Assembly (NCBI GenBank): GCA_030390025.1
Contig: CM059448.1
Span: 10,788,001-10,852,000 of the forward strand
Reading direction: 5' to 3'
DNA from: Squalus acanthias
Taxonomy: Eukaryota
Length of the DNA stretch: 64,000 nt
Every line of letters starts with the position of its first letter. The stretch's first letter is position 1. The translations under genes were made by a program, and so were the position numbers. The notes beneath the pieces are model-generated. The model saw only the letters and a program-made list of their open reading frames with translations. It ran no database searches and was not told where the DNA came from. Shown piece by piece: positions 1 through 13,166 of the stretch.

Positions 1-1028
1 CGGTGTAACGGCACAGTGTCCTGGAGTGAAGAGTGTGGAGCCGTGCAATGCAGTCAAGTGATCTGCCCCACAATTAATCCTGATATGTTTACAACAACAA
101 CAACTTGTATTTATATAGCGCCTTTAACGTAGCACAGGAGTATTTTAAGACAAAACAATTTGACACCGATCCACATAAGGATAAATTAGGGCAGCTGACC
201 AAAAGCTTGGTCAAAGAGGTAGGTTTTAAGGAGCATCTTAAAGGAGGAAGGAGAGGTAGCGAGGCGGACAGGTTTAGGCAGGGAATTCCCCGTCCCAAAG
301 TTGTAGTTTAAAAAGGCAGTCGATGAATGAATGTCCAAAACCCATTTGGTGGGTTAAGCCCAGCCTCCCCCTCCCTCCCCCCCCCCCCCCCCCCCACTAT
401 TTGTAGTTCAAATAGGGACATCGGCCATCTCTGCGCAGCCCGAATATGGGGAACTGCAGCAACTTGCTAATGCTTCTTCGGCAGCACCTCCCAAACCTGC
501 AACCACTACCGCACAGAAGGACGAGGGCAGCTGGCGCATGGGAACACCATCACCTCCAAGTTCCCCTGCAAGTCACACGCCATCCTGACTTGGAAATATA
601 TTGCCGTTCCTTCATCGTCGCTGGGTCAAAATCCTGGAACTCCCTCCCTAACAGCACTGTGGGAGCACCTTCACCACACGGACTGCAGCGGTTCAAGAAG
701 GCAGCTCACCACCACCTTCTCAAGGGCAACTAGGGATGGGCAATAAATGCTGGCCTTGCCAGCGACGTCCAGATCCCTTGAAGGAATAAAAAAAAGTAGT
801 GAAACTCAGCCTTGTATTGTTTGCCTACATAACAAAGGCCATTGCACTTCAGGAAGGTAAGTCATTGTGTGAAGCATCTGGAGATAATATGATATGGCGC
901 AGGTATACTTGACGTCCACTCAAGGTCCGCATTGAAGTGTGAGCTAACCACCACATCTTAATTTATCTCGGCTTCTCTCCTACTCTTTCCAACCTTGAGG
1001 GTGTGTCCTGTCTTGGCCCCTTTGCCAG

Positions 1029-1107
1029 TGTTTCCCAATTGAAAAAGAAAGCTGAGGTCGCCAAAGTTCCACCAGCTATAGCCACGAGTGACTCCTCCCG
1101 TCGCTGA
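1029..1107 (+). CDS. Weak candidate exon (VSQLKKKAEVAKVPPAIATSDSSRR*) of the same unidentified gene
   Basis: Pyrimidine-rich acceptor cccctttgccag|; only one frame stays open; no homology recognised. Confidence 0.2.
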
Positions 1108-1894
1108 GCACGGGATTGTGTATGTATATTTTTTGAACTTCATTTCCTTTCCATCACAGACACAACAAAGTGTAAAACCTCTCCAAGAACTACTTTGAAA
1201 TTCAGATTTGAGAAACTTCATCACAGCTCAAACCCGGTAAGTATGGTGCTGCTCACTCCAGCCCTTGCTTTGGAATGATTCATTACCTTTGAATAACTCC
1301 TCGGTTAAAGCGCAGTAACATTTTCTCGTGCAATCCTCTGACAGGATCACAATAGTGCAGCAGCAATATCCCCTCCGTTTTCTCAGTGATTTCATCTTCA
1401 TATTATTACGAGCGATGAGAGCATGGGTAGAGGCAGAGAATATTGTATCTTTGAAGGGAAGAGGAGGGGTAAACATTTGAAGCAGAGGAGGATGGAGAGA
1501 GCTGGGACAGTGGGATTAGCTTTGGATTGCTCTAGCAAAGAGTCGGTGGGCGGAATGGCCTTGTTCCGTGCTGTAAACTCCTAAGATTCTATTTGCCCAG
1601 ATTTTTGCCATTTCTCCACAGCGGAAAGTTGTTCTAAGTTGGGTTCAGATTCATATACGAAGCATATATTGGCACTTTAAAAGTTTTTTTTGTGCGTGGT
1701 TGCAGTGTTCCCTCATTTTGGGGGGGGGGGGGGGACGTGGCCCCTTTAAGGGACTGCATGGCCCATTTGCAGTTTTGCGCGAAACTTAACATTCAAAAAG
1801 CTGGTCCCGGGCCGCGCGGGACCGGCAGAGAGCTGCGCAGCCGCGCTGCTTATAGGGAACGTTGCGTGGTTGTATTTATACTGGCAGTATGCAA

Positions 1895-2175
1895 AGAAAG
1901 ACTTTCACTTATATAGTGCCTTTCACGACCTCCAGACCTGCTTTACAGCCAATGAAGTACTTTTTGAAATGTAGTCACTGTTGTAGGAAACGCAGTAGCC
2001 AATTTGCGCACAGCAAGCACCCACAAATAGCAATGAGATCATGACCAGATAATCTGTTTTTTAGTGATGTTGATTGAGGGATAAATATTGGTGAGGACAC
2101 CAGGGAGAATTCCCTTACTCTTCTTTAAAATAGTGCCTTGAGATCTTTTACGTCCACCTGAGAGGGCAGACGGGG

Positions 2176-2206
<31 letters not shown>

Positions 2207-2282
2207 ACCTTCGACAGTGCAGCACTCCCTCAGCACTGGCACTGGAGTGTCAGCCTGGATTTTGTTCTCAAGTCTCTGGAAT
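1895..2282 (-). mobile_element. Deu-domain SINE; further copies at ~15530-16110, ~19930-20225, ~21921-22190, ~26648-27105, ~33100-33497, ~42215-42450, ~59800-60005
   Basis: Same core and tail, in reverse complement. Confidence 0.78.
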
Positions 2283-2926
2283 TACACTGAACTAAGGGTT
2301 GAAATAGTGTATTTGTTCTCGGTCCCTCGGGTTTAGGCAGGTGAGGGAACATGGTGACTCCTTGGGGTTGATTCCATAGCTTGTGCACCTATATGTGAAT
2401 GTGGAAATCAATGATGGAGATAAAGGAAGGAGGAGGAGAACATTGCGACGGTCCTACTGCCTTTTAGCTTTAACCAGCAATGCCAGGAATGGAATCAAAA
2501 CAGAAAATGCTGAAAACGCTCAGCAAGTCAGGCAACAGCAGTGGAGCGAGAAACAGAGTTAACGTTTCAGGTCGATGACCTGTCATCGGAGCTGGAAGAA
2601 GATACAGATTTACTATTTATAAGCAAGAACAGGGGTGGGGGGTGGAGGAGAGGAAAGAACAAAGGGGAAGGTCTGTAATATGGTGGCGGGCAGGAGGGAT
2701 TAAATGGCAAAAGGGATGATGGTGCGAGGCAAAAGGAGATGGTAATGGGACAAGTAAAGAAACAAAAGATGGGTCGAGAGGAGGTGTAAATGGTGACAGC
2801 AGAACCATTACCAGCACCTGCTGTCTGAGAAATTGGGAGCGGTGGTTCTGATCACTATTCTGTTGCTAGTAATCCTTTAAAACCTAATCAGCAGTTAAAT
2901 TGATTTTATTCTAATCTTTTAAGCAG

Positions 2927-2974
2927 GGTCACTAGCAGGAGTCAGTGCCCCACCTGGAAACACGCACTTGTAAG
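2927..2974 (+). CDS. Candidate 48-nt exon of an unidentified plus-strand gene (SLAGVSAPPGNTHL* or VTSRSQCPTWKHALV)
   Basis: Branch point ctaat plus cttttaagcag| acceptor and AAG|GTCAGT donor, in a unique island between repeats. Confidence 0.4.
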
Positions 2975-3049
2975 GTCAGTCCTTTTATTTGTTTAATCTC
3001 CATTACTTGCTTATGTGGGGTTTTTTTAAACAATGGTCACAATCAGCAT

Positions 3050-4645
3050 ATTCCCAATGACATCCCCATATCCCTTGATTCCTTTAGAGTCCAAAAATCT
3101 GTCAATCTCAGCATCCACAGCCCTCTGGGGTAGAGAGTTCCAAAGATTCACAACCCTCTGAGTGAAGAAATTTCTCCTCATCTCAGTCCTAAATGGCCGA
3201 CCCCTTATCCTGAGACTATGCCCTCTATTTTTAGACTCCCCAGCCAGGGGAAACAGCCTCTCAGCATCTACCCTGTCAATCCCTCTCAGAATCTTATACA
3301 TTTCAATGAGATCACCTCTCATTCTTGTAAACTCCAGAGAGTATAGGCCCATTCTACTCAATCTCCCCTCATAGGACAACCCTCTCATCCCAGGAATCAG
3401 TCTGGTGAACCTTCGTTGTACCCCTTCTAAGGCAATTATATCCTTCCTTAGGTACGGAGACCAAAACTGTGCACAGTACTCCAGGTGTAGTCACGCTCTG
3501 TACAATTGTAGCAAGACTTCCTTACTCTTTTTATACTCCAACCCCCTTGCAATAAAGGCCAACATACCATTTGCCTTCCTAATTGCTTGCTGTACCTGTA
3601 TGTTAACTTCCTGTGTTTCGTGTACAAGGACACCCAAATCCCTCAACATACCAACATTCATTTAAAAAATATTGTTTTTCTATTCTTCCTACCAAAGTGA
3701 ATAACCTCACATTTCCCCACATTATATTCCATCTGCCTCCTTCTTACCCACTCACTTAACCTGTCGATATCCCTTTCCCTGTCTCTCACAGCTTACTTTT
3801 CCACCTAGCTTTGTATCGTCAGCAAATTTGGATACAATGGCCCAGAAATTGATCTCGCTCTGTTCCCGCGGGGGTAAGCCTTCCCCGCGATGTCTCACCT
3901 CGCTTGTGCTTTTTCAGATCCAGCTCGCACGAACTTGATGTTCCAGACATCAGCTGTGCTGGGCTTGCGTATCCCAGCGGCGTAGTGAATTCGTGCGAGC
4001 TGTGGGATCACGTGACTCAGTTAGAGCCAATGGCAGCACACCATCTTCCATTCATAAGTCTCACAGACCTGCTGTGAAATCTATGAATCTTACACCCCCC
4101 CAAAATAACAGCTAAACCTCAATTAAATTTTTTTTAAAAACCATCACATTAATAAAATAAGTATAGTTAATTAAATTAACCATTTTAAATAAAAAATTAA
4201 ATTTTTGAAAAAATTTAAAATCTTTTAAAAAGTTATAAAAATAAACTTACCTGTCTTTAAAGTCTCTAAAAAAGATATACCTGTAAAAAAAAATTCAAAA
4301 AAATACTTAATTCACTACTTACCTTCTTAAAAGCGGGTCTTACTCCTCCTTTTTACATTTCCAAAATCTTCCCTACTTACCTGTGCGTTCAAAGCATGAA
4401 GTGCACAGCGTGCGCGCAGCCTGTAGCGCGCACGCGATGCACCCAGGACCCGCCCCCTTTTCAGAAGAGCAATTGCCGGTTTTCAGCGCATGCGCAGGGC
4501 ATGCAGAAAACCGGCAATTGGAGTGGGAATACGCGAGAGTACGCACTGCGTACTCTCGCGTCCCGGGATCAATTTTCAGCCCATTACACTCGGTCCCTTC
4601 ATGTACGTCATTAATATAGATTGTAAATAGCTGAGGCCCCAGCTA
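3050..4645 (-). mobile_element. CR1 LINE 3' fragment interrupted by MITE copy 1
   Basis: ORF 3026..3388 [28 protein letters not shown]. Confidence 0.88.
3839..4582. mobile_element. MITE copy 1 (~744 bp, PIF/Harbinger-like), inserted into a CR1 fragment
   Basis: TIRs GGCCCAGAAATTGATC / GATCAATTTTCAGCCC, flanks AAT/ATT; splits CR1 sequence gatac|attacact. Confidence 0.88.
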
Positions 4646-6703
4646 TTTACCTATTTCTAGGGTAACGAGGGAAAGGCGGGACATCTGTCTGGTATCTATT
4701 GACTCCTGTAGAAAACGTAGACATCGGGTTGAGGACAGGAACAGGCTGGACTACAATCCTGATGGTCAACTAGCCTGTTGATGACACTGTCTGGAATCAG
4801 TTGCAGATAAAGGCCATGTGGAGAGGCTATCTGAGCATGCCTGGCACCAATGGAGCTGTACTCCCAGCACGAGTCAGTGCCTTCAGGAGAGATGGGGAGA
4901 AAATTGAGGGGAGGGAATTTTTGCAGAATAAGATGCACTTCTCTCGCTAACCTGTTGGTTTCATCGAGTGGTGTTTACCAGCAACTAGTGTCCAGAACAT
5001 ATTTGGGCCTGGAAATCAGTGTTATTTATGGTACAGGATGGTATCTAATTGCTCTGTGTGCTAACATAATAGAGACTTTAAGCTATTTAAAGTGAATAGA
5101 TCAAGCTCCCTATTAAAATAGCAATTTCACACAAAGTCATTAAGGATTGTTATGTTAATATCGCACAGAATAATTTCTAGGCCCTAGTTTCTAAACTGCT
5201 TAAAAAAACTTATTTTGAAACAATTATTTTCATTAATCTTGAAATCTGTCTTCTGTACTCACCGTAAAGGAAGTAATTCATCAAAAATGTGTTATTTTTC
5301 AGTAAACACCATTTCAGGGATAATCCAGCTAACGGTAAAGGCGCCCTTCATTCCTCCAACAGCTAGTGGGAACCTGCATTCACCGCAAATGTAGCTACAG
5401 CTGGTTCAGGCATGCCCTTCGCACCTTGAGCTGCATCCGTCCTTCCTGCATCTGAAACGCACCTTCCTCTGTCCAGGGAGGAAGGAGATCACCAGGAAGT
5501 CCTGTTCTATATCTGCTGTTACAGGGGTTCAGGTAGCCCGCTCCACCTTCAGAGCAAATCTATTCAGGGTCCCCCTCGGAGATTTGTTACTTTAACAATT
5601 TAAGTACATCACAAGTAATGTAAGTATCAGGCAGCGTTGAATGTGGTATGGGTAACCTTAAAGATCCCTGTGCTCCTCGGCTTCCTTGCCTGGTGCTGAA
5701 AGGCTTCTGAAATTCAGGTTTCTTTGGACACTTGTACGGTGCAGATTTTGTTTGGAAGGCCGTAAGGTGGTTTCCATGTGCTGGCACCTCGCACCTTGCG
5801 ATGGGAAGTACCTGGGACAGATGTTGAAGGAGCATCTGTGTACCTTGAAACCAGAACAGCCAATGATCTCCTGAGCACACCAGGAAAAAAAAATCTGAGG
5901 TGAACTAATTGCCTCCCACCCAAAGACACAAGGCAGCAAAGCCAGGAATCACCGGGGCTTGTCAGTGTTCAAACACCTTGAGGTTGTCCATCCTCCCTTG
6001 TCTAGTTGTCCTGAGGCGGTGATGTGGCCACACCTGAGTCCCTGCCGATGTTGCTTCGCACAGTACTTGTACCAGAGCCTAAACTTTGTGTTGTAACCTG
6101 TTATCTGCCATGTTTACACTGCCAATTAACAAAGCTGCTCATTGTGCCCTGCTAGGTTTGTTGTCCGTATATCTGATATTACATTTTAACGTGATTGATG
6201 TGCAACAGAAAATCTGCCTTTTTAGTCTTGAGTGAATTAATCCTTTGGGGATTACGGTAAAATGTCTGCACCAGAACAAAATGTTCAACAGGACTACAAT
6301 TCATTTAGATTATTCCCAGAACAATGTGAATGAAATGCCTTTTGAGTGTCGAGAGGTTTTATCGGCGTTTCTTCTTATCCAATTTTCTGTCATTTTATCT
6401 CCTTTTCCTTGTCCATGTGGCCTGAGACTTTTGAACCTCAGAGGCCTGGCACAGGGCCTGTTCCCAGGCTGCTATCAGTGCCACCTACAGCTGGGCACTG
6501 GGTGCTGACAATGACTCCCCTCCCCTTGCTCGGATTAGGAACTGAGGTGAACTCATCCTTAGCCTTCATCCACTCCATCTCTGTAGCACCGTGTACGAGC
6601 GCGCTGCCACCCCCCCCCCCCACCATGTGTCCAATCGCCCCTCCGGGCTCCACCGTATACGCCCACCCCTCCGGCGACACCGTGTAATAGCTGGTCCCGT
6701 CCC

Positions 6704-8890
6704 CTGGCGCCACCGTGTACTAGCGCCCCCCCATGGCGCCACCGTGTACTAGCGCCCCCCCATGGCGCCACCGTGTACTAGCGCCCCCCATGGCGCCACC
6801 ATGTACTAGCGCCCCCCCCCATGGCGCCACCATGTACTAGCGCCCCCCCATGGCGCCACCGTGTACTAGCGCCCCCCCATGGCGCCACCGTGTACTAGCG
6901 CCCCCCATGGCGCCACCGTGTACTAGCGCCCCCCATGGCGCCACCGTGTACTAGCGCCCCCATGGCGCTACTGTGTTCTAGCGCCCCCCATGGCGCCTCC
7001 GTGTACTAGCGCCCCCATGGCGCTACTGTGTTCTAGCGCCCCCCATGGCGCCTCCGTGTACTAGCGCCCCCCATGGCGCCACCGTGTACTAGCGCCCCCA
7101 TGGCGCTACTGTGTTCTAGCGCCCCCCATGGCGCCTCCGTGTACTAGCGCCCCCCATGGCGCCACCGTGTACTAGCGCCCCCATGGCGCTACTGTGTTCT
7201 AGCGCCCCCCATGGCGCCTCCGTGTACTAGCGCCCCCATGGCGCTACTGTGTTCTAGCGCCCCCCATGGCGCCTCCGTGTACTAGCGCCCCCCATGGCGC
7301 CACCGTGTACTAGCGCCCCCATGGCGCTACTGTGTTCTAGCGCCCCCCATGGCGCCTCCGTGTACTAGCGCCCCCATGGCGCTACTGTGTTCTAGCGCCC
7401 CCCCATGGCGCCACCATGTACTAGCGCCCCCCATGGCGCCACCGTGTACTAGCGCCCCCATGGCACTACTGTGTTCTAGCGCCCCCCATGGCGCCTCCGT
7501 GTACTAGCGCCCCCATGGCGCTACTGTGTTCTAGCGCCCCCCATGGCGCCTCCGTGTACTAGCGCCCCCCATGGCGCCACCGTGTACTAGCGCCCCCATG
7601 GCGCTACTGTGTTCTAGCGCCCCCCATGGCGCCTCCGTGTACTAGCGCCCCCCATGGCGCCACCGTGTACTAGCGCCCCCATGGCGCTACTGTGTTCTAG
7701 CGCCCCCCATGGCGCCTCCGTGTACTAGCGCCCCCATGGCGCTACTGTGTTCTAGCGCCCCCCATGGCGCCTCCGTGTACTAGCGCCCCCCATGGCGCCA
7801 CCGTGTACTAGCGCCCCCATGGCGCTACTGTGTTCTAGCGCCCCCCATGGCGCCTCCGTGTACTAGCGCCCCCATGGCGCTACTGTGTTCTAGCGCCCCC
7901 CCATGGCGCCACCATGTACTAGCGCCCCCCATGGCGCCACCGTGTACTAGCGCCCCCATGGCGCTACTGTGTTCTAGCGCCCCCCATGGCGCCTCCGTGT
8001 ACTAGCGCCCCCATGGCGCTACTGTGTACTAGCGCCCCCCATGGCGCCACCGTGTACTAGCGCCCCCCATGGCGCCACCGTGTACTAGCGCCCCCATGGC
8101 GCTACTGTGTTCTAGCGCCCCCCATGGCGCCTCCGTGTACTAGCGCCCCCATGGCGCTACTGTGTTCTAGCGCCCCCCATGGCGCCTCCGTGTACTAGCG
8201 CCCCCATGGCGCCACCATGTACTAGCGCCCCCCATGGCGCCACCATGTACTAGCGCCCCCATGGCGCCACCATGTACTAGCGCCCCCCATGGCGCCACTG
8301 TGTACTAGCGCCCCCCATGGCGCCACTGTGTACTAGCGCCCCCCATGGCACCACCGTGTACTAGCGCCCCCCATGGCGCCACTGTGTACTAGCGCCCCCC
8401 CCCCCATGGCGCCACTGTGTACTAGCGCCCCCATGGCACCACTGTGTACTAGCACCCCCATGGCACCACTGTGTACTAGCACCCCCCCCCCCATGGCGCC
8501 ACTGTGTACTAGCACCCCTCCATGGCGCCACCATGTACTAGCGCCCCCCATGGCGCCACCGTGTACTAGCGCCCCCCCCCCCATGGCGCCACTGTGTACT
8601 AGCGCCCCCCCCCATGGCGCTACTGTGTTCTAGCGCCCCCCATGGCGCCACCATGTACTAGCACCCCCCCCCCCCATGGCGCCACTGTGTACTAGCACCC
8701 CCCCATGGTGCCACCATGTACTAGCACCCCCCCCCCCCCCCCCCCGGCAATACCATGTACTAGCGCCCCCCCCCCCCCCCCCCCGGCAATACCGTGTACT
8801 AGCGCCCCCCCCCCCCCCCCGGCAATACCGTGTACTAGCGCCCCCCCCCCCGGCAATACCGTGTACTAGCGCCCACCCCCCGGTGCCCCC
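6704..8890. repeat. GC-rich minisatellite, 27-28-bp unit ATGGCGCCACCGTGTACTAGCG(C)5-6, about 75 copies
   Basis: Directly visible tandem array with three main variants; degenerate units at both edges (from ~6585). Confidence 0.98.
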
Positions 8891-9984
8891 GTGTGCGAGA
8901 GCCCCAGGCTCCACCGCACTCCCCCACTTCATCGATTTTTTTCTCATACTGCACCCATTGTTTCATTCCAAGACGGTTCTGTAAACTCTTCCTGTGCCCC
9001 TTCCTGAAGGTGACCGTTACGCGATGGAGAGCGATGTACAGAAACAAGACGCGATTCTTAATTCAAAGCCTACTTGAGACACAAATAAATTGCAGCCGTG
9101 TCACAGTTTGGTGCAGACACTCTACCCCAGCCCTGGAAGCGCTGTCGGGCGTTCCATGGTCCTCTTTTGTTTTCCAGATCCTACTTTATAATAATCAGCA
9201 TCAGAAATTAGCAAAAAAAAAACAGAAATCCTATTTTTTGTAAAGGTGTTCTAAGTTTGGCACTGAATTGATGCTCTCCTTATGGAAAGGTGTTTGGTAA
9301 ACTCTCCGGCTTGTCGGGGGGACTGGTATCCCTCCGTGTTGTATCATTTCCGTAAAAATGACACCACTCGAGAGATGGCCCGATGAGTTTTGGTGGTTTG
9401 TATCTTCGTGTTGTACTTTTAATTAATTGGGGGGTGGGGCGGCGGGGAGAGAAATTGTCAAACACTTTTTCATGAAGACACTGCCCTTTTGTTTTAAAAC
9501 AAAGAAGCTAATTGAGCCTCGTTTGGCGCTTAAAACCAGCTCAGTGGTGACCGTCAGGAACCATCTGCAGCTGAGGGCCAGTAGATGAGAGTTCAACAAT
9601 AATTGTCATGAGCGGGGCTTCAGCACAAAACAGTCCATATGTTTGTATTTGTCGCAGTGAACGGCCAAAGCTTGTGGGCAAATATGTACGGTTCTCACTT
9701 GGCTAATTTAAAGTAGCTTATTGCTAGGATTAAAGTAATTCACAACCTTGGCCTATTGCCTAGACTGAGTATCGCTCAGCTAATTTAGACAATATCAAAA
9801 AAACATTATATGAGTCAAAATTTGCACCAAGGTCTGAAGACATGAAAAGCCCAATGCTCGAAGCAATAAAGAGCTGCCTTGGTGTCCTGCCATGATTAGA
9901 ATTTCAAACTCTTGGGGATTGGTTAGCACAAGGTGTTTAATCTCTCGGATCTGAATTTGAAGCAGTCTAGACAGAAGGAATAAA

Positions 9985-10390
9985 AATTCTCTCTCTCACC
10001 CCGTTCGCCTTCCACTCGCTCATTCTCCCTATTTTTCTCTCCACTTTCTCCTTTTCTTCGTTCCTCCTTTCTCTCTTTCTCTCTCCATCTCTCACTAATC
10101 CTTGGTTTCTCTTCTCCGCTTGACTTTCTATTTTCTGTCCTCTCACTAACTCTTCCGATTCCTGTTGGCATTCTCTTGCACTGCCTCCTCCCTAAATCTC
10201 TCTCCATGTTGATTCCTTGCTCACTCTATCCAATTCATTTTGACTTTCTCTCTCCTCCCGACCTCTCATTTGTACTGACTCTCTCCTCCCTACCTCTCAC
10301 ATTCATTTGGACTTTTATTTTCTCTGTCTCCTTCCTCCCCAACTCTTTTTCTTTTCCACTCTTTTTAACTCTGTACTTATCTCCCCCTCA
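9985..10390 (+). repeat. Pyrimidine-rich (TC) low-complexity tract
   Basis: About 400 bp dominated by T and C. Confidence 0.8.
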
Positions 10391-12489
10391 CCAACCTGTC
10401 ACCAGCTTGGCCAGTCATCTTCTAGTTTCTCACAAAAATAAGCCCACCTCATTCAATAGCCTCACACTAAGGGGAAAGGCAAGGAAAAAATCTGACATCT
10501 GTAAGACACAGTTTTCCAAACATTTCAGTATATGTTTTGTATCATTTAACTTTGGCCGTTTTCCAGAACTGAAATAGCATTTTGACACCACATCCATCAT
10601 TGGATAGTTTTGTTATGTTAACCCAATATAGGATACCTATCAATGAATTGACTATGGATGACATAAGATCTTAGTGGCAACAGATTAAGGAGCCGACATG
10701 ACCCCCAGAGACCGTCTAATCACTGGTTTAATGAAAGTTATCCTGTACAGTATTGTGTTTGGGCCCAAAATAAAATTCAAGTCTTCTGCATTCTTCTGTG
10801 TGCTCTAAGGTCACTAAGGTCTTGTGGGAATTTCTTGGTTATTTGCTCATTTAAAAGCCACCCTTCCCTTGTGTGGCAGGACTCCATTTTGTGCTCCTGG
10901 TTTGGAAAACTTTTCATCATGTCATGGAAAATTTGTCATCTTAGCTGGCTTATCGGGGAGGTGACGAGTAGGGTCCAGGTCCCCTTCCCTCCTCCCCCCA
11001 CCCCCCCACCCCAGTGCACTCTCGCTATCTGCAGGAAAATCTAAGGGAGATTCACCTGAGGCTGCCCTTGAATGCCTATCATCAGCCCAGTAACCTTCTG
11101 ACCTGGGCAGAGGCCTAACTGCATGTCCAGCCCTGTTGGCAAGGGACCGATGAACAGGGAAGTAGAAACCAAAAAAACAAATTACCCTACAAAATAAACA
11201 AGCAACACTTAGCCTTTTTATTATTACAACTATTATCCTAATCTAAAACGAGCTCTCTTTGTTTATCACGTGTCAGTTCTGCCACCTTAATTTTCTCAGT
11301 TTGAATTTCACTGTTGAAAAATAACGATTAAACAAAATGGCTGGCCGGTTTGTAGAAAGTATTTATTTGAATTCGCAAATATTACAAAAGTCTGAAATAA
11401 ATCCGAGTATGTGTAGGGAGTTCCCTTTTTGTTCGAAAGTTTTAAACTTCAGTTTAATTGGACAAATGGACACAAAATTCTGTTCCTTTAAAATGTTCAA
11501 AGGATAGAGAAGATCAGCTGGTGGGCTGCTGGTTAATTCCCCTTTGGGTACTTTCCCTGTGGTCGTGAATTTGAGACTGCACACAGACAGACACTGAAGT
11601 GTGACCGATCATGTTCCGATCATGGGGAGGTGACTCACTCGTGTTGGTCCTGTAGAGTGGTGAAAATCACGCAGGCTCTCTCTCGCGCAGAGTGGCATTA
11701 TTGCAGGAGGCCGAGGAGGGGGTCAGCCAGCCCTTTTCGTCCTCCCTCCTCACAAACCGAGCTTAGGTCATGGGTCAAAGTGAGACGGCCTCGACAGACG
11801 GCGCTCTGTGGGTGAAGTCTGTGCGCACAGACCTCACATACAAGCATGTCTCCTGTTGTCAGACTCTGGTGTCCTGCGCATCTCTCCCGCCCTTCCCTCC
11901 ACTCGTGCCAGAGCCTACAGCCGTCTCAGAACTACTCCCTGAAACATTTCTCCCTTAACTCCTCTACCTTGCCCCTTCAGTCCCCGCCGTTCAAAGCCTC
12001 CTCAAAGCCTAAGTTGTTGGCCATTTCTCCTAGCTCTTCGACTGCTGTTTAGTGATCTGCTTTTTACTTTGTGAAGCACCTTTGGGGTGCTTCCTATGTT
12101 AAAAGGTGCGATGCGATTAAAAATGTGGCTCTTGTTGCTCGCATTGTGGTCAATGGCATCATTTAACGTCAAAGGCACAATCTAACTCCAACTTGTCCAT
12201 TGTAATGTGATTTTTTTTTTCAGTCTCGCTCTCATACATACACACAAACGCACCCCAATAGGTATCATCTTCGAAACGCAAGAGGTTTTGGGGGGTTAGA
12301 ATCCAGCCAATGTGTATTAGTGATCAAGCACAGAATGCGGAAGACTTGACATTTGAGTCAATGGAACTGGGGCCTACGGTTGAGGCCTTTATGAGGTGAA
12401 CATGGCTGAACGGTTGCTGTGCAGAAGCGCGCACGCGCAGAACTGTTATTGAGATGCGGCAGAGCTTTACGAAGCTGCCTGATCCTATC

Positions 12490-12665
12490 CACAGATGTAA
12501 ATATTGTACAATTAATTTATTGCTACTTTGGCAAATTTCTTTTTGTTTGTGATGTAAAAAAAAAACTGTGGAGGATCTCAAATTCCTTGTTTGTATATTT
12601 TGTTCCCTGTTGGTGTGTTGCTATGTAACGCTACACAATAATAAATGTATTTTGTGTCAAAATGA
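12490..12665 (+). terminator. Probable 3' end and polyadenylation signal of a plus-strand gene
   Basis: AATAAA at 12640-12645 followed by a GU/U-rich tract; upstream Pumilio-type TGTAAATA at 12496 and AU-rich, 3'UTR-like sequence. Confidence 0.5.
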
Positions 12666-13166
12666 TTGGAGTCATAAGCTGTCTAATTTCAGCGAGGAGC
12701 TCATTAACATGGTGTAAGCTCAATGCATACAGGCCAAAGGGAATATGGTGAAGGAGGAAGCTCACTGGTGTGTGTGTGTGTATAGAATGTGAGATCAGGG
12801 GCCCGTGTGAGGACCACCCTGTTAAACATCAACACCCTCCCGAGACTACAGGTCCTGACGGCCGAGAGACCGTGTCAGTTACCCAAAGGGAAATTATGCT
12901 ATCGTTGCGGATAATAAGGGTCATATTAACTGTTAGCGCTGGGCGGAAAATGTCTGATAGCGAATCGGCAGACCCGCTTTGACCCTCGCCTTCCACAATG
13001 GAAAAGAAACGAAAATTATGCCAGGGGTGTAAAACGGGCTGCCGACTTGCAATCACATGCTTTTCGCCCAACGATAAATAAAAAGTTAAAATTACCCCCA
13101 TTTTTTCCTTCCTATACAGGAACAGAACTAATGTGCTGGTAAAGAACCAGCCTTTATTTAATACAA

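Noticed and set aside
958-1476. Two in-frame minus-strand ORFs separated by one TGA (possible selenoprotein or readthrough)
   Set aside because: No recognisable protein motif, the start overlaps a CR1 tail, and no SECIS evidence
5362-5595. 77-codon open frame after an acceptor-like site (LVGTCIHRKCSYSWF...)
   Set aside because: No recognisable homology and no upstream exon with matching phase 0; treated as possible UTR
6704-8890. CRISPR-like appearance of ~28-bp repeats
   Set aside because: No unique spacers, no cas genes, and the context is a vertebrate genome
6346-9047. Pro/Gly-rich ORFs (MAPLCTSAPP repeats) in and around the minisatellite
   Set aside because: Variable C-run lengths shift the frame constantly and each unit has a TAG in one frame; these are by-products of the repeat
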